A stretch of 64,000 nucleotides of DNA from Vicugna vicugna (Eukaryota): assembly GCA_013265495.1 (NCBI GenBank), contig MU058198.1, positions 2,554,419 through 2,618,418 of the forward strand. Reading direction: 5' to 3'. Numbering within the stretch: position 1 is the first letter of the stretch; every line of letters begins with the position of its first letter. Below are positions 1 to 11,290 of this stretch, one piece after another. A model generated the notes under the pieces. That model saw only the letters and a list, made by a program, of their open reading frames with translations, made no database searches and was not told the origin of the DNA. A program made the position numbers and the translations under genes.

Positions 1-2055
1 ACTGTAAACAAACAGTGGTAGGATAGTCTGATAAGAAACATGACAAAGTAGTCTGGGTTTAGAGAAGGAATGATCCGTTAGTTGCTGGAGGAGTTAAGGA
101 AGTGTTCAGGTGGGATGTGACATTTGAACTGTGTTTGTATCTGTGGGGCATTTTACCAGGCAGGGGGAACAACATAAGCAAAAGCATGAAGGTGTCAACA
201 AGGGGAGGTTCCCAGGCAAGGATAAGTTCAGTGAAACCCAAGGATAGCATGCAAAAGAGGCCTTTGATTATATAACGGTATAGCTCTCAATAAATATTGT
301 TGGCTGGACGGATGAATAAAAGAATGAATATTATATATACATCAGGCACTCATATATAACCTGAGGGAATATAACTACTTGGGAGAGTGTATTCCAAGTT
401 TCAGCTTAAAAATCAGTCTTTGAAACAGAGTCCTTGATTGTATTGGGAGAGGTTTATTTTGAATCAAATATGAGTTTATCTTAGGGATTTTGTTTCCTTG
501 TTAGCTACACAAAGAGCAGTATATTTTCAGCCCTGGAAGTACCAAAATGAAGCAATTCTCAGAAATGAAGAGGGAATGAGCAAAGCCGACACTTCTATTC
601 ACCTGGATGCTGTTAAGTGCTTTATCTTGTTTTGCCATGTGGTTTAGAAGTTCTTTGATTTCAGCCAGGCCAGTGGTCTGGAAGTGGAGGGAGTACACCA
701 GACAATTTGTTTTGGGATACAGAAAGAAAATGGTAGCAGTTTTATTCCTTTTTATGCCAATTGTTTAATGTCTGTTTTTGTGTATACACATATACTCACA
801 TACATATATGCATACACTATGCAAAACACACACATATGCATGTGCACTCAAACATACATACATCATACACGCAAATAAAATGAGGTTAGTGCTCCCCCCA
901 CTTCCCTTCCCATTTTTCCTGGTACATGTGATTAGAAAGATTAGAGATCACTGATTTAAACCGTCAGTACAAAAGACTTTCAAAGGGATCTTAAAATATT
1001 TTAAATTTGATCTGGCTTTTAAAAATAAGAATACACCTCATTTTATACTGGTATAAGAGAAACGCTTTAATGAAATAAACATAGTAGATTTAATAATGAA
1101 CGTATACTTGTGGCACTTTAAATAGATTTTTTTTTACACAGAAGTAATTTTCAGAGAACAGTCCATAACATGTTTTCTTAGTGAAGGGTAATGAATTCCA
1201 TAAACATTCTTGCTGTACCCAGCCCTTAACTGTTATTTCCCTCCTAAGTTGGTTAAAAATCAGTATTGCAAAGGCATTGTCAAGTACAGTGCATTGCTGA
1301 ATCCTTCCCTGGTGCTGTTATTTGGCACAAGACTGACACCTAGGGTCTGTTGTGGCTTATTTGTTCTGAGGTTTTCTCTGTTTAACCTTCTGCGTTGGAT
1401 TTTCTATACTTCAGTCATTGTATTCTGACTCTAGTCTCGAGTCTCTTCTAGTCTCACTTTTTTTGGCAGCATGATGTAAGTTATTTTGCATATCCTCGCA
1501 GGAAAATGTGCTTTAAACCATTGCCCCAGTGCAGTACCCGACGAAAGAAGTTTGCTCCAAAATACTTTTCAAGATGATTTCTCTCTAACTCAAATTCTGG
1601 CACTTTCCTTTCTCCCTCCATTCCTCCTTCCTTTCCAACTTAGTCTAATTGGCCTATCCCTTCTACAAACAATGAAGACAGTTCTTCCACTTAAGACTGA
1701 GGCACACAGTATGACTTCAGATCTTCTTCAGGTATCAGGCATCAAGTGATGCATCTCGTATGTTGAATGAAACAAATCTAGGACATATGACATAAATTAA
1801 AAGTTTTTGAAGATGTTTGCTTAGAATTCTCTTAGCAAATTAGGAAAATACTTTTCAGTTACATTCGGCTTTAAAGTATTTTGGTGATTATTGTCACCAA
1901 TAGTTTCCTATATTATGGCATCCTTCTTTTAGCCATTGGTCTTTTCCATTTACCTTAAATTGTTTTTTTAAAGCCCTGATGGGTGTATGTCCATTAACGC
2001 TTCCATAACTTCTGGAGTTGGATTTTCAGTGACTTAATTGAAAATTAAAAGATTT

Positions 2056-2112
2056 CTATGGTATCTCATAGTTAGAAAGTCCTCTTCTGTTTTCGTAAGT
2101 ATTGTCTTTCTC
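2056..2112 (-). CDS. IGSF6: IGSF6 exon 6 coding part EKDNTYENRRGLSNYEIP*
   Basis: Acceptor tattgcag|GAG, TAG stop at 2058-2056; two Tyr motifs as in recalled human C-terminus. Confidence 0.92.
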   Translation of the reverse strand, partial: EKDNTYENRRGLSNYEIP

Positions 2113-3300
2113 CTGCAATAGTAAATAACAAGCCATATTTAAGGTTACATAACCAATGACACCATGCTGCAAGCAATGTACAAACCACAGCGCCATCTTG
2201 TGTCCTGGGTTGTAAGTCCCCTTCCTTTACCTTAAAGGTCCAGTTGCCGTTTTCTCTTTATTTGGAGTAAGATTTGGGAACTGAAAAATAATTTTCTTGT
2301 TCAGATGCCATTGTCAAAGCCCTGACTTAGAACTTTAAAATTCCCACCTCCAGCCCTTTCTTCAGACCTTAACTTGGCCTCCTTGCTGAAAAAGATGCCC
2401 CAGCGTCAATATGAATAGAGTATGAGCAGGCACTTCTAATTATTCAGAGTGGCGTCTTAGGTAATTAAACCACTTGCTTATGTGTTGTATATACATTGAA
2501 AGATGAAGTGGCTACTTAAGACAATATTCTTTCCAGGAAGAAAATCCTTTTTAAAAATTGGATTTTAAAGAACACCTCATATCAGAATTCTGTTTCATCT
2601 GGCCTCGTGGCTGCTTTTTAATAGAAAAATATCTCTACTAGTATGTAAGTTCATTATTTTGTATACATTTTAATTTAAATCTGAGCAGTTTGATCATGTG
2701 TTATGGAAACCATCTGCACTTCTAGCTCTAAAACAACATCTTCTTTGAAAAACCTGTTTCTATAGGACTTTAAAGAAACACCATCAGAACATGTTATAGT
2801 CAATATTAAATTATTTCCCCCATCATTCCAACCCCAAAGACTGAAGAAATGCTCATTTTAAATTTTCATTAGTTGCATCTTTTCTAATGTGAATTTTTCT
2901 GCCTTATTAGCAACAAGTGGTTTTTCTGTATAATTTGATCCACAAATGTTTGCAGCATCTCCTTAATACTTAGTACTGCATGCAAGATACTGTGCAAAGT
3001 AGCTTTCAATCCACAAAAGCATCCTTGTCTGTATTAAAAACACAGCCTGTATCCAGTGTTTCTGAAAGATTCCATGTCACTAAGATGCCAGCCTGGTGTC
3101 TACTTAATGCATCAGATAACCTCTGTTATGTAGTTATCAAAGCAGGTTCTATATAAAAATGCCTTTGTGAAAGTCCTCTTTCAGACTCTTCTAAAGGAAA
3201 ATTTGACTTATCGACAGCTTATTGGCAGCTTAGGTTTTTTTTTTTTAAGTTAAACATGCTTTATATCTGTATTACATCTTTTGGATATTTTTACACTTAC

Positions 3301-3381
3301 AGGCTGTTGGCTTCTTTCCGCGTGTCTCTTATTGTATAGTTCTTGAGCAATTTCCTGAAAAATACGCCGAGCACTCTTTTT
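3301..3381 (-). CDS. IGSF6: IGSF6 exon 5 KKSARRIFQEIAQELYNKRHAERSQQP
   Basis: Acceptor tttacag|AAA, donor CCT|gtaagt; conserved IGSF6 cytoplasmic motif. Confidence 0.95.
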
Positions 3382-3736
3382 CTGTAAATACAAATAAGGA
3401 AAAAATGTGTCTCTCTCAGGACTAAAAGCAGCTGATTCCTGCACATCATCTGAGACCTCTTCTTTCTTTACTACCACCAGTTACAGAAACTAGCCCCCAG
3501 CCAGCACATCTGTACCTGCAGTTAACTCTTGTATTTTGAGTATATCAAGTAGAATTTATGATTGGAAACTGTTTACATCATATTTTACCACTTGAGTTGA
3601 TCATTTTTCTCAACAGTAGGAAACAGTATCTATGGTTGAAAGTGACCATGATGTTCGATGTTTCTTAAGTTATTTTGGATTTGAAATAGTTACAGTGAAC
3701 CAGTTTGAAAGATATTTTACAAATATTAGTCTGTAC

Positions 3737-3784
3737 CTTTTGTGAATTCTCTGTTTCTTTCTTTCTTAGAGTGTTAGATTTTGA
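3737..3784 (-). CDS. IGSF6: IGSF6 exon 4 SKSNTLRKKETENSQK
   Basis: Acceptor ttcctgacag|TCA, donor AAG|gtacag; 48 nt, phase 0-0. Confidence 0.9.
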
Positions 3785-4448
3785 CTGTCAGGAAGAAAAA
3801 AAAAGTCTTATAAGACATATTATACACTCACAAACATTATGGCAGGTATCACATAGCATAATAAGGTAAAACTAACTTAATATTTAAATAATATTCATTA
3901 ATAGTTAATTTTTGTGTCATTTCTGAGATGCTTTTATTAATAAAATTGTTCAAACTGTTACTGATTGTAGGATTCATAGTAATCCTAATATAACATATAG
4001 CATGCCCCCTCTCATAGCATGTGAACAGCCACAAGATATTCTTTTTCAAGACCTTTAGGCCTTTTAAAAATCTTTTAAGGCAGTTTCTGACCTCTTTGTT
4101 AACCACTTTTTCTCTTAAAGACTGTCCTTAGGCCTTTCATGGATGACAGTAACCCTCCTCCCCTTCCAGCAGAAAGATACCATGGAAGATGGTTATTAAG
4201 AAGGATCTCTTATTCTCATATTACTGGGTTTTGAAAAGAAAACCCTGTGAATCATGTACTCTGGTTAATAATAATCTCAGTGAAGAAAATTTGTGCTTTC
4301 TTCTGTAGACCTCTTCTGCAGATGCAAAGGAGGGTGTTAATTAGGTGAGCTCATTTCCAAGACTCCCAGTGTGTGGAGGGATGGAAATTATTTCCTTATG
4401 ATAATATTCAAGGCCATAGGGACACCCAGTGCAAGCAATTTGACTTAC

Positions 4449-4552
4449 TTTGGCGAGGACGATGAAGACCCCGAATACACCAGTGACGTAGACACACAGC
4501 AGCGATAAGAGAACCGTCGGTGCTAAGAGTTCCTTGCTGAGAACCTTTGTAT
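4449..4552 (-). CDS. IGSF6: IGSF6 exon 3 (transmembrane) DTKVLSKELLAPTVLLSLLCVYVTGVFGVFIVLAK
   Basis: Acceptor aacaaag|AT, donor AAA|gtaagt; hydrophobic TM segment. Confidence 0.93.
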
Positions 4553-6592
4553 CTTTGTTAATTACAGGCACAGAAAGAGCCACAGTCAATATTGAAACGT
4601 ACTATTGCAAATAACACATGTAAAGTATAACTGAAACTACATGTTAGAGGAGAAACATAAACTTACTCTATGTGGCTATTCATGTAAAAATTTACCCAGG
4701 GTCTGTTAATTCAGAAAACACTCAAGTATATGATATGGTTAAAGCCAGTTCCTTAAGCCTTTAAATGTATTATGCCAAAAATGTTGTTTGTTTTTAAAAC
4801 TAAAAATTTTTAACAATTGAGTTAATTATTTGTCATAACGCTAAGAATCCTTTTTTATATAAGGTGTTGCTTAAAGTTAAACAGTTCAAGACAGTTTGTT
4901 CAAGAGTGTTTAAAATTTCTTTGAGTAGATATGATGTACAAATGTCACCAAGAGTCTCTTTATGGAGTTAAGATCCTCTCCCACGTGAATCTCTAACCTT
5001 GAACTGTTTCGTACACGTGGCTGAATGGTGCCGTCTGTGAAAGAACCTGAGAAGGTGCGCGCTGAGGATCTTAGTGCTCGCTGCACACTTACAGGGCAGG
5101 CATTGCTACATGTGCCCCTTCTTTCTAAGGAGGTTCTGGAAGTGGCATTATTGAATCCACTTGCACGTTCTGAATTTCCCCCTCCTTGCAGGGAGTGTCC
5201 TGCGCTCCATGTAGGGATGAAGTAACACCGCGTTTTCAAGTACCTGATTATTTGAAGTACAAATTCCAATTAGATTTGTAATTATTATCTGAATAATTTG
5301 TACTTTTCAACTAAATATCCCATAGGTGCTTATCCTGTGAGCTCAATTTATACAACATACACTTTTGTTGTGAAACCAACAAAAATGTATTTGTAAAACT
5401 AAAAAAAAAAGTTTCAAGTGTGAAATTAGGAGCTCTGTAGAAAAGGCAGGAAATTACCTTGTCTTTTTAGCAGTGAGCTCATTTCCACTCCTGGAGTAGA
5501 ATGTCTGTTCATGTGAGCTTGCAGGTTAGAGACCGTCTTCTCTTTACCGAAAATTTTTTCTTTTGGCTAATATTTTTTATAGAAGACTAATGCATACTAA
5601 TCTCCAGAGTTGTCATGTGTTTGTTTTAATGTCTGTGGCTAACATTTATTGAGTACTTGCTGTAAGCCAGGCACCATTAAAAGTGCTTTATGTGCATTAG
5701 GTCATTTATAATGTACCTTACAGGTAAGAATAAACTAAGGTTAAATGACAATGGAGTATCAAAAGCCCATTAGAACACTAAAATAAGGATTACAAGACAG
5801 GACGAGCCAGGCTCCTTAAAATCCTATTTTAAAACCAAAAGGTGGTTAACTTGAGTTTATGTTTTAATGATCTCAGGGCTTATCATACTGGAGTTTTTTT
5901 TTTTTTAAAAGAAAAGAGATCCAAACAAAGCACGGAGTACTGCCCTTCTCATCTTTCTCCCAAAATCATGTGAAGCTTTTTTTCTTGAAATTTGTTAATT
6001 TCTTACTTTATAGAACTTAGCTGAAGTTCAGTATCCTCATGAAAGTGTCATGGATTTTAGTAAATCTCAAGAAGCCAGAGCCACACCGACCCCCTTTTTG
6101 TTCTCCGTCCATGCGGAGGGAGTAGGGTCAGGGATCCCCCAGTGGCTTCTCCTAAAATTTGTGTTTATTCTCCCGAATGCATATTTATTTCTGGGTCCAG
6201 TTGACGGATAACTTACGCCTCTCAACTGCTCTGTTCTAGATGGCGCAGTGCCAGATCAGTTCCTGGCAAGGCTGATAGTTAATCATCACATTTCAATCAG
6301 TGTGATAAACAGAAAGGAGGATATAGTTGGTCAGCCTTCAGTACTAAAGTCTGGGCGTTGCAAGAGAATATAGCACCTGCCTTAACCCTGACTCTGTGTC
6401 TGTGGAGGCTGGGAGATGGGGTCGGAGTAGCTCTTTAATCCAAATTTCATGTTGGCTTGTGTGCAGATCACGTGCTTCACTGACTCCGGTATTAAGGTTA
6501 GCAAATTGATCTCATCATCTCTGCATTAGAAGCAGGTAATGCGTTTGAGGGCTGAGCAGAATGCTGTGTACGGGAGTAAAACCTTGACTGAC

Positions 6593-6949
6593 CTCTTACC
6601 ACCAGCACCGTCCCTCCTCCGGTCCCCTTAGCTCTTGGTCCCGCTGAGCTGGGAAACGCTACTCCGCAGATGTAGATGGCACTGTCATCGAAAGCCACCC
6701 TGTTTATAGTGAGGGAAACCTTGTCCTGTGCCAAATTCACAACTGTGAATTTGTCTGTCTCCTTTGTGCATCCATCCAAGCACAGGTTCTCAGGCTGGTG
6801 AGCGCCTTAGCGAAACCACAGGATTGTTGGTTGCTCTGCAGGGCACCCCGCTGTGGAGAAGGAGCACTGCATGGTCACGGGCTTTTGGGTGTAGTTCACG
6901 TCCAGGTAAGGCGGTTGGTAGATTGAGACGATACAGTCGCCTGCAGCAC
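6593..6949 (-). CDS. IGSF6: IGSF6 exon 2 (Ig V-type domain), interrupted by in-frame TAA at 6809-6807
   Basis: Acceptor cccacag|GT, donor AGAG|gtcagt; reads [18 protein letters not shown]...QCSFS...[17 protein letters not shown]...[11 protein letters not shown]...[12 protein letters not shown]-track entries 6807..7031 and 6498..6779 are the same frame split by the stop. Confidence 0.95.
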
Positions 6950-7088
6950 CTGTGGGAGGAAGCGGATGATCCATGTCAAGTGGCTTCTGCTTTATCACCG
7001 TTTTGGAGCAGAGGAACCTATTGAAACCCATTGCTTGCTTTTTTTTTTCACCTCACTCCCAGCACAAACAAGACTGTAAAAGTAGACA

Positions 7089-7218
7089 ATGGTGCCAGTG
7101 TTTTATATTAACCATAAATGGAGTATAACCTTAAAAAATTACGAATCACTATATTGTACACCTAAAACTTGTGTTGTACATCAACTTTACTTCAATAAAA
7201 AAAAATTTGTATAGAAAG
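7089..7218 (+). mobile_element. Short 5'-truncated LINE-1 3' end
   Basis: L1 3'UTR-like sequence ending cttcaataaaaaaaaa; flanked by direct repeat aagtagaca (7080-7088 / 7219-7227). Confidence 0.65.
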
Positions 7219-10200
7219 AAGTAGACACTTGTGTTCCTCACTTTTCCTGACCGCAGCCTGCTGGTGTGCTGTGATGTCTGGTCCTTGAAGGCAGCCCCAG
7301 AGAGGTCCTGGGAATCAGCATCGTCACGAGCAGAGTTGGCAGCAGATCCAGAGTCAGCAGTTCGGGGTCCATGTGTGCACTTTGATGTACTTACGGGCTT
7401 TCCTTTGATCTCCCTGTGCAGATCACTTGCCCTGTCAGAGCCTGTTTCCTCATCTGTACCCCTGGCCTCATAGGAGTGTTGTATTTGATGTGGTAACAGG
7501 TACCAGAGCCCCTCATGCAGATGTCATGGCAGGTGATTGAGCACGTGAGCAGCAGAGGTTTTTTTGTTTTGCTTTTTATGCCTTGTGGAGATTGTGATTG
7601 TTAGGGACTCATGGCAGTTCACAATTGTTCCTTTGTGGTTGTCCCAGTGGGAAGCATTGTAAAAGGCAAGGTGTATATCTGGGAAAAGACAGCCCTGGCT
7701 TAACCTACAGCATCTTCGGTTGCTGGTTACTGAGCAGAGGCCTAAAGGTGGTGGTGCTGGGGCCCAGCAGTCTGGATTTCTTCCTGGCATTTGCACACTA
7801 CTTTGTAGTCACTTGTAGGTTTCATCTTACTTGATAAGCAGTATTGTGAGCATGAAAACACACTTGAGTTTAAATCTTAACTCTGCCAGTTCCTAGTTCC
7901 CTGGTCTGTAGCAAAATGGGCATAGTGTTGGGCACCTCGTTGGTTTAGCAAGAAGTTTAAGTGAGACCATCGATGCATATGAAGCATTTACTTACCTGAA
8001 TCTTAGTATTTAATAAAAGTTAGCTGTTTCTGCTCCCACCACTATTCCTGTTCCCACTGTGCCACATGCCCATTTTAGAGATAAGTGTGGGCATCTCAGC
8101 AAGGTGTTGGCAGGGCTGGAACTAGACACTCAAGCCAGTGCTCTCTCCACTACATGCTGCGTCCATGTCATAGCGGTGGGTCCCCACCTTGGCCTTCTGA
8201 TTCCAGGCATGTGAAGCTGGAAAGCCATTCAGGTGTTTATAAATTGAAAGGCCTGCCCTCAGCCCTCTTTGGGGCAAGGGAAGCTCTATGTGAAATAGAA
8301 TTGCTTGAGACAAATCAGAATTTTTGCATGTTTTCAGTCTGACTCTGCCTAGTTATATGTTTCCAAGTGGTCTTATTTGTCTGAGTTTGTCCTTTGCTCC
8401 TGTAAGTGAAATTGAAAAGTAGTGCCAGGGGTCTGATGCTTAAGTTTCAGATGGGCTTTTTGTCGCTTAACATTTTTCTTACCTATCCAGAGGAGAAGAA
8501 AAGTTAAAACTAGAATCATAGCATTTGTAGTGCAAATTTGTTCCCACCGTGTTTTAATTTTAATATTTGTACAATTGAAGATGAGCTGGGAGCTGTTTGG
8601 TGACCTGATAAATATCAACCAGATGAGAGGATAGAGGCCCCTGAAGACCAGGCTTCTCACTCCTAAGTCTGATAAATACAGCTGCATGTCTCCTACCCAG
8701 ACTCAGTCACCTTAGAAGCAGAGAAGCACTTTAAAGGTGTAGTGATCACTGTGCATGGGAAATGTGAAATGGAGGTGGGCCTGCCAAGAACGTCACAGTT
8801 GACCAGCAGTGTCCCCCGTCCCAGGTTCTCTGTCAGAGCCTTTAAGAGGCAGTGTTAAACTGCCTTTAACTCTTCTCTTGGAGAACTAACGCTCCGGCGG
8901 GTAAAATCCGTATTTGCAACTTAGGAGTTTCACATTCCGCTCATTTCCGACTTCCCCTCCGTTAGCCCCAGTAGGAGAAAACCAGTTGCAGTGGTTTCCT
9001 GTGATAGCCAGGCTGAGGACACTGTGAGCCAAACCTCCCGCCCCCAGCCACTTTCGCAATGTCTTAGCGGAAAAAGAGGTGTAGATAACATGTCACACCA
9101 CAGCCCACTCCCCTGAAAAGTTTCTCTTAAAGAATCACATTCCGTAGGATTGTTTTTTTGTTTTTGTTTTTAAAGCACAGCACCTTCTGAAAACCTTCAA
9201 AGTTTATCTTGTTGCTGGAGGGAATAAAAAAAGATTACTATTGTTGAAGACCAAGGTAGAAAATATGTAGAAAACTAATTTTTGATACTTAAAAAAATCT
9301 TTATGGAAAATTCTGAACATATGTTGAAGCAGCCGCCAGCACAGCAAGTTCCCCGCGGTCACCCGGCTGCCGCCCAGTCTGGTTCCAGCCCTCTGCCCTG
9401 CTTGTTCCTTCACTCCCAGACTATTTGGAGCAAATTCCGGCTACATTATCTGCACATCTTTTAGAATATATCTTTCAAAGATAATGATTCTTCTTTAAAA
9501 TCATATTAATTCAAACAGTCTATAAGAGTAATATGTACTTATTGGGGAAAAAATTGACTATTACTGAAAGTAGGACAAAAAATATCACCCATAGTTTTTT
9601 CGCACCGCCCCCATCACTGTTAACATTTTGATCTATTTCTTTACAGATGGGAAAAAATAATTTTAAGAGCTCTTGCTCCCTTTCCTGCCCTATGACCCAA
9701 ACTTTGTGAGCAAATCTGAAATTGTTAAATTTATGAGAACTGTGATGAACTGTGATGTAGGAAACATTTTCTCTTTCATAGAGGAAAAACAAGTATAGGC
9801 AGAATTTAAAAAATAGGTATGTTATGGAATGGTTATTCTCCAAGGAGGGAGCCATTGCAGTTTTTTTTTTTTTAATGACAAGCACTTTAATTTGTAGAAA
9901 TTCCGCTTTTCAGAAATGCTGTGCTTTAAAAATATTCATCAAGTATTATTTTGTACAGAGCGAATCTGTCTGAACGGGCTCTAAATTGTTGATGACTAGC
10001 ACGTGATTTTATGAATATTTTCAGCCCTTTGTTTAGTGAGATGCTCTTCTCCAAAGCAGCATAATAGCAAAGAGAATTTTCAATGTTCATCTGAAATTTT
10101 TCTCAGTTATTTATTACCTCTTTGTCTGAGGAAAAAGGAAATTTATCACCTTAGACAATGTCTAAATGTTATACATTTAAAAATTAATCCACTGGGGCTT

Positions 10201-10271
10201 AAAATATAAATGAATCAGGCAAAAAATAGCAATTGATTTAAATAAAATGGAGGAGAAAAAAAGAACCTTAC

Positions 10272-10338
10272 CGACAGAAAATAGAATCAGATTGATTCCC
10301 AGGCTGAGAATGATCTTGCCTCCGTTCACAGCCTCCAT
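10272..10338 (-). CDS. IGSF6: IGSF6 exon 1 (signal peptide) MEAVNGGKIILSLGINLILFSV-G
   Basis: ATG at 10338-10336, hydrophobic signal-like peptide, donor G|gtaagg, phase 1. Confidence 0.9.
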
Positions 10339-10650
10339 TTCTGTGTGTATGTGTGACGTGGGGGGAGTGTGCGTTTGAAAAGAGTTGGCTTTTTTTTTTC
10401 CCCTTTTTTTAGAAAGGAAGAACTAAAGAGAGGAACTCTTATTAAGGAACCATAATCGAGAACGTTTTGAAATTGTGTAAAGATTGTTTGTAACCCAGTT
10501 TCACCATTTAAAGTTGAGATTTTTAACCTAGAGCACATTTCTAAATGTTCATATGATACATTTTTCTTGGATTTTACAAATCCTCAAAGATCTTAGATGT
10601 TTTGATGTTGATTTACATGTGGTGCATATTCTCAGGAAGTGTTTTTTCTA
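10339..10650 (-). promoter_or_regulatory. Probable IGSF6 proximal promoter/5'UTR with PU.1/ETS-type sites
   Basis: Immediately upstream of IGSF6 ATG; AAAGAGAGGAACT (10425-10437) and CAGGAAGTG (10633-10641); no obvious TATA box; IGSF6 is a myeloid gene. Confidence 0.5.
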
Positions 10651-10689
10651 GTTGTCCTTGAAACTGCATTCCTTCCCCGCCCCCCCCCA

Positions 10690-11290
10690 TTTTCTTTATT
10701 GACGTATAGTCAGCTTACAATGTTGTGTAATTTCTGGTGTTTGTCATACATACATACATACATATATTCCTTTTCATATTCTTTTTCATTATAGACTACT
10801 ACAAGATACTGAATATAGTTCCCTGTGCTGTACAGAGTAAATTTGTTGTTCATCTATTTTATATAGAGTAGTTAGTATCTGCTGACTAGTAGTTCAGATC
10901 AGGAACTTCCAATTTATCCCTTCCCACCCCTTTTCCTCCCTGGTAACCACAAGTTTGTTTTCCGTGTCTGTGAGTCTATTTCTGTTTTGTAAGTAAGTTT
11001 TTTTGTGTGTCTTTTTTTAAGATTCCACATATAAGTGATATACGTATTTTTTTTCTCTTTCTGACCTATCTCACTTAGAATGATGATCTCCAAGTCCATC
11101 CGTGTTGCTGCAAATGGTATTATTTTTTATGGCTGAGTAGTGTTCCATTGTATATGTATACCACAATGTCTTTATCCAGTCATCTGTCAATGGGCATTTA
11201 GATTGTTTCCATGTTTAGGTTGTCTTGGCTATTGTAAATAGGGCTGCAGTAAACACTGGGGTTACATATATCTTTTCCAATTAGAGTTCC
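10690..11290 (-). mobile_element. LINE-1 3' fragment (ORF2 C-terminus + 3'UTR)
   Basis: Minus-strand MDLEIIILSEI... is the L1 ORF2 C-terminal motif; typical artiodactyl L1 3'UTR. Confidence 0.85.

Larger units (their letters stand above)
2056..10338 (-). other. IGSF6: IGSF6 gene (immunoglobulin superfamily member 6/DORA), 6 coding exons, nested antisense in the last intron of METTL9; carries an in-frame premature stop at codon 70
   Basis: Exons of 67+357+104+48+81+57 = 714 nt join in frame through GT-AG introns to a 237-codon signal peptide/IgV/TM/cytoplasmic-tail protein matching recalled human IGSF6 (e.g. [30 protein letters not shown]). Confidence 0.96.

Noticed and set aside
6498..7031. 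Two separate small genes suggested by ORF-track entries 6498..6779 and 6807..7031
   Set aside because: They are the same reading frame of one IGSF6 exon split by a single stop codon
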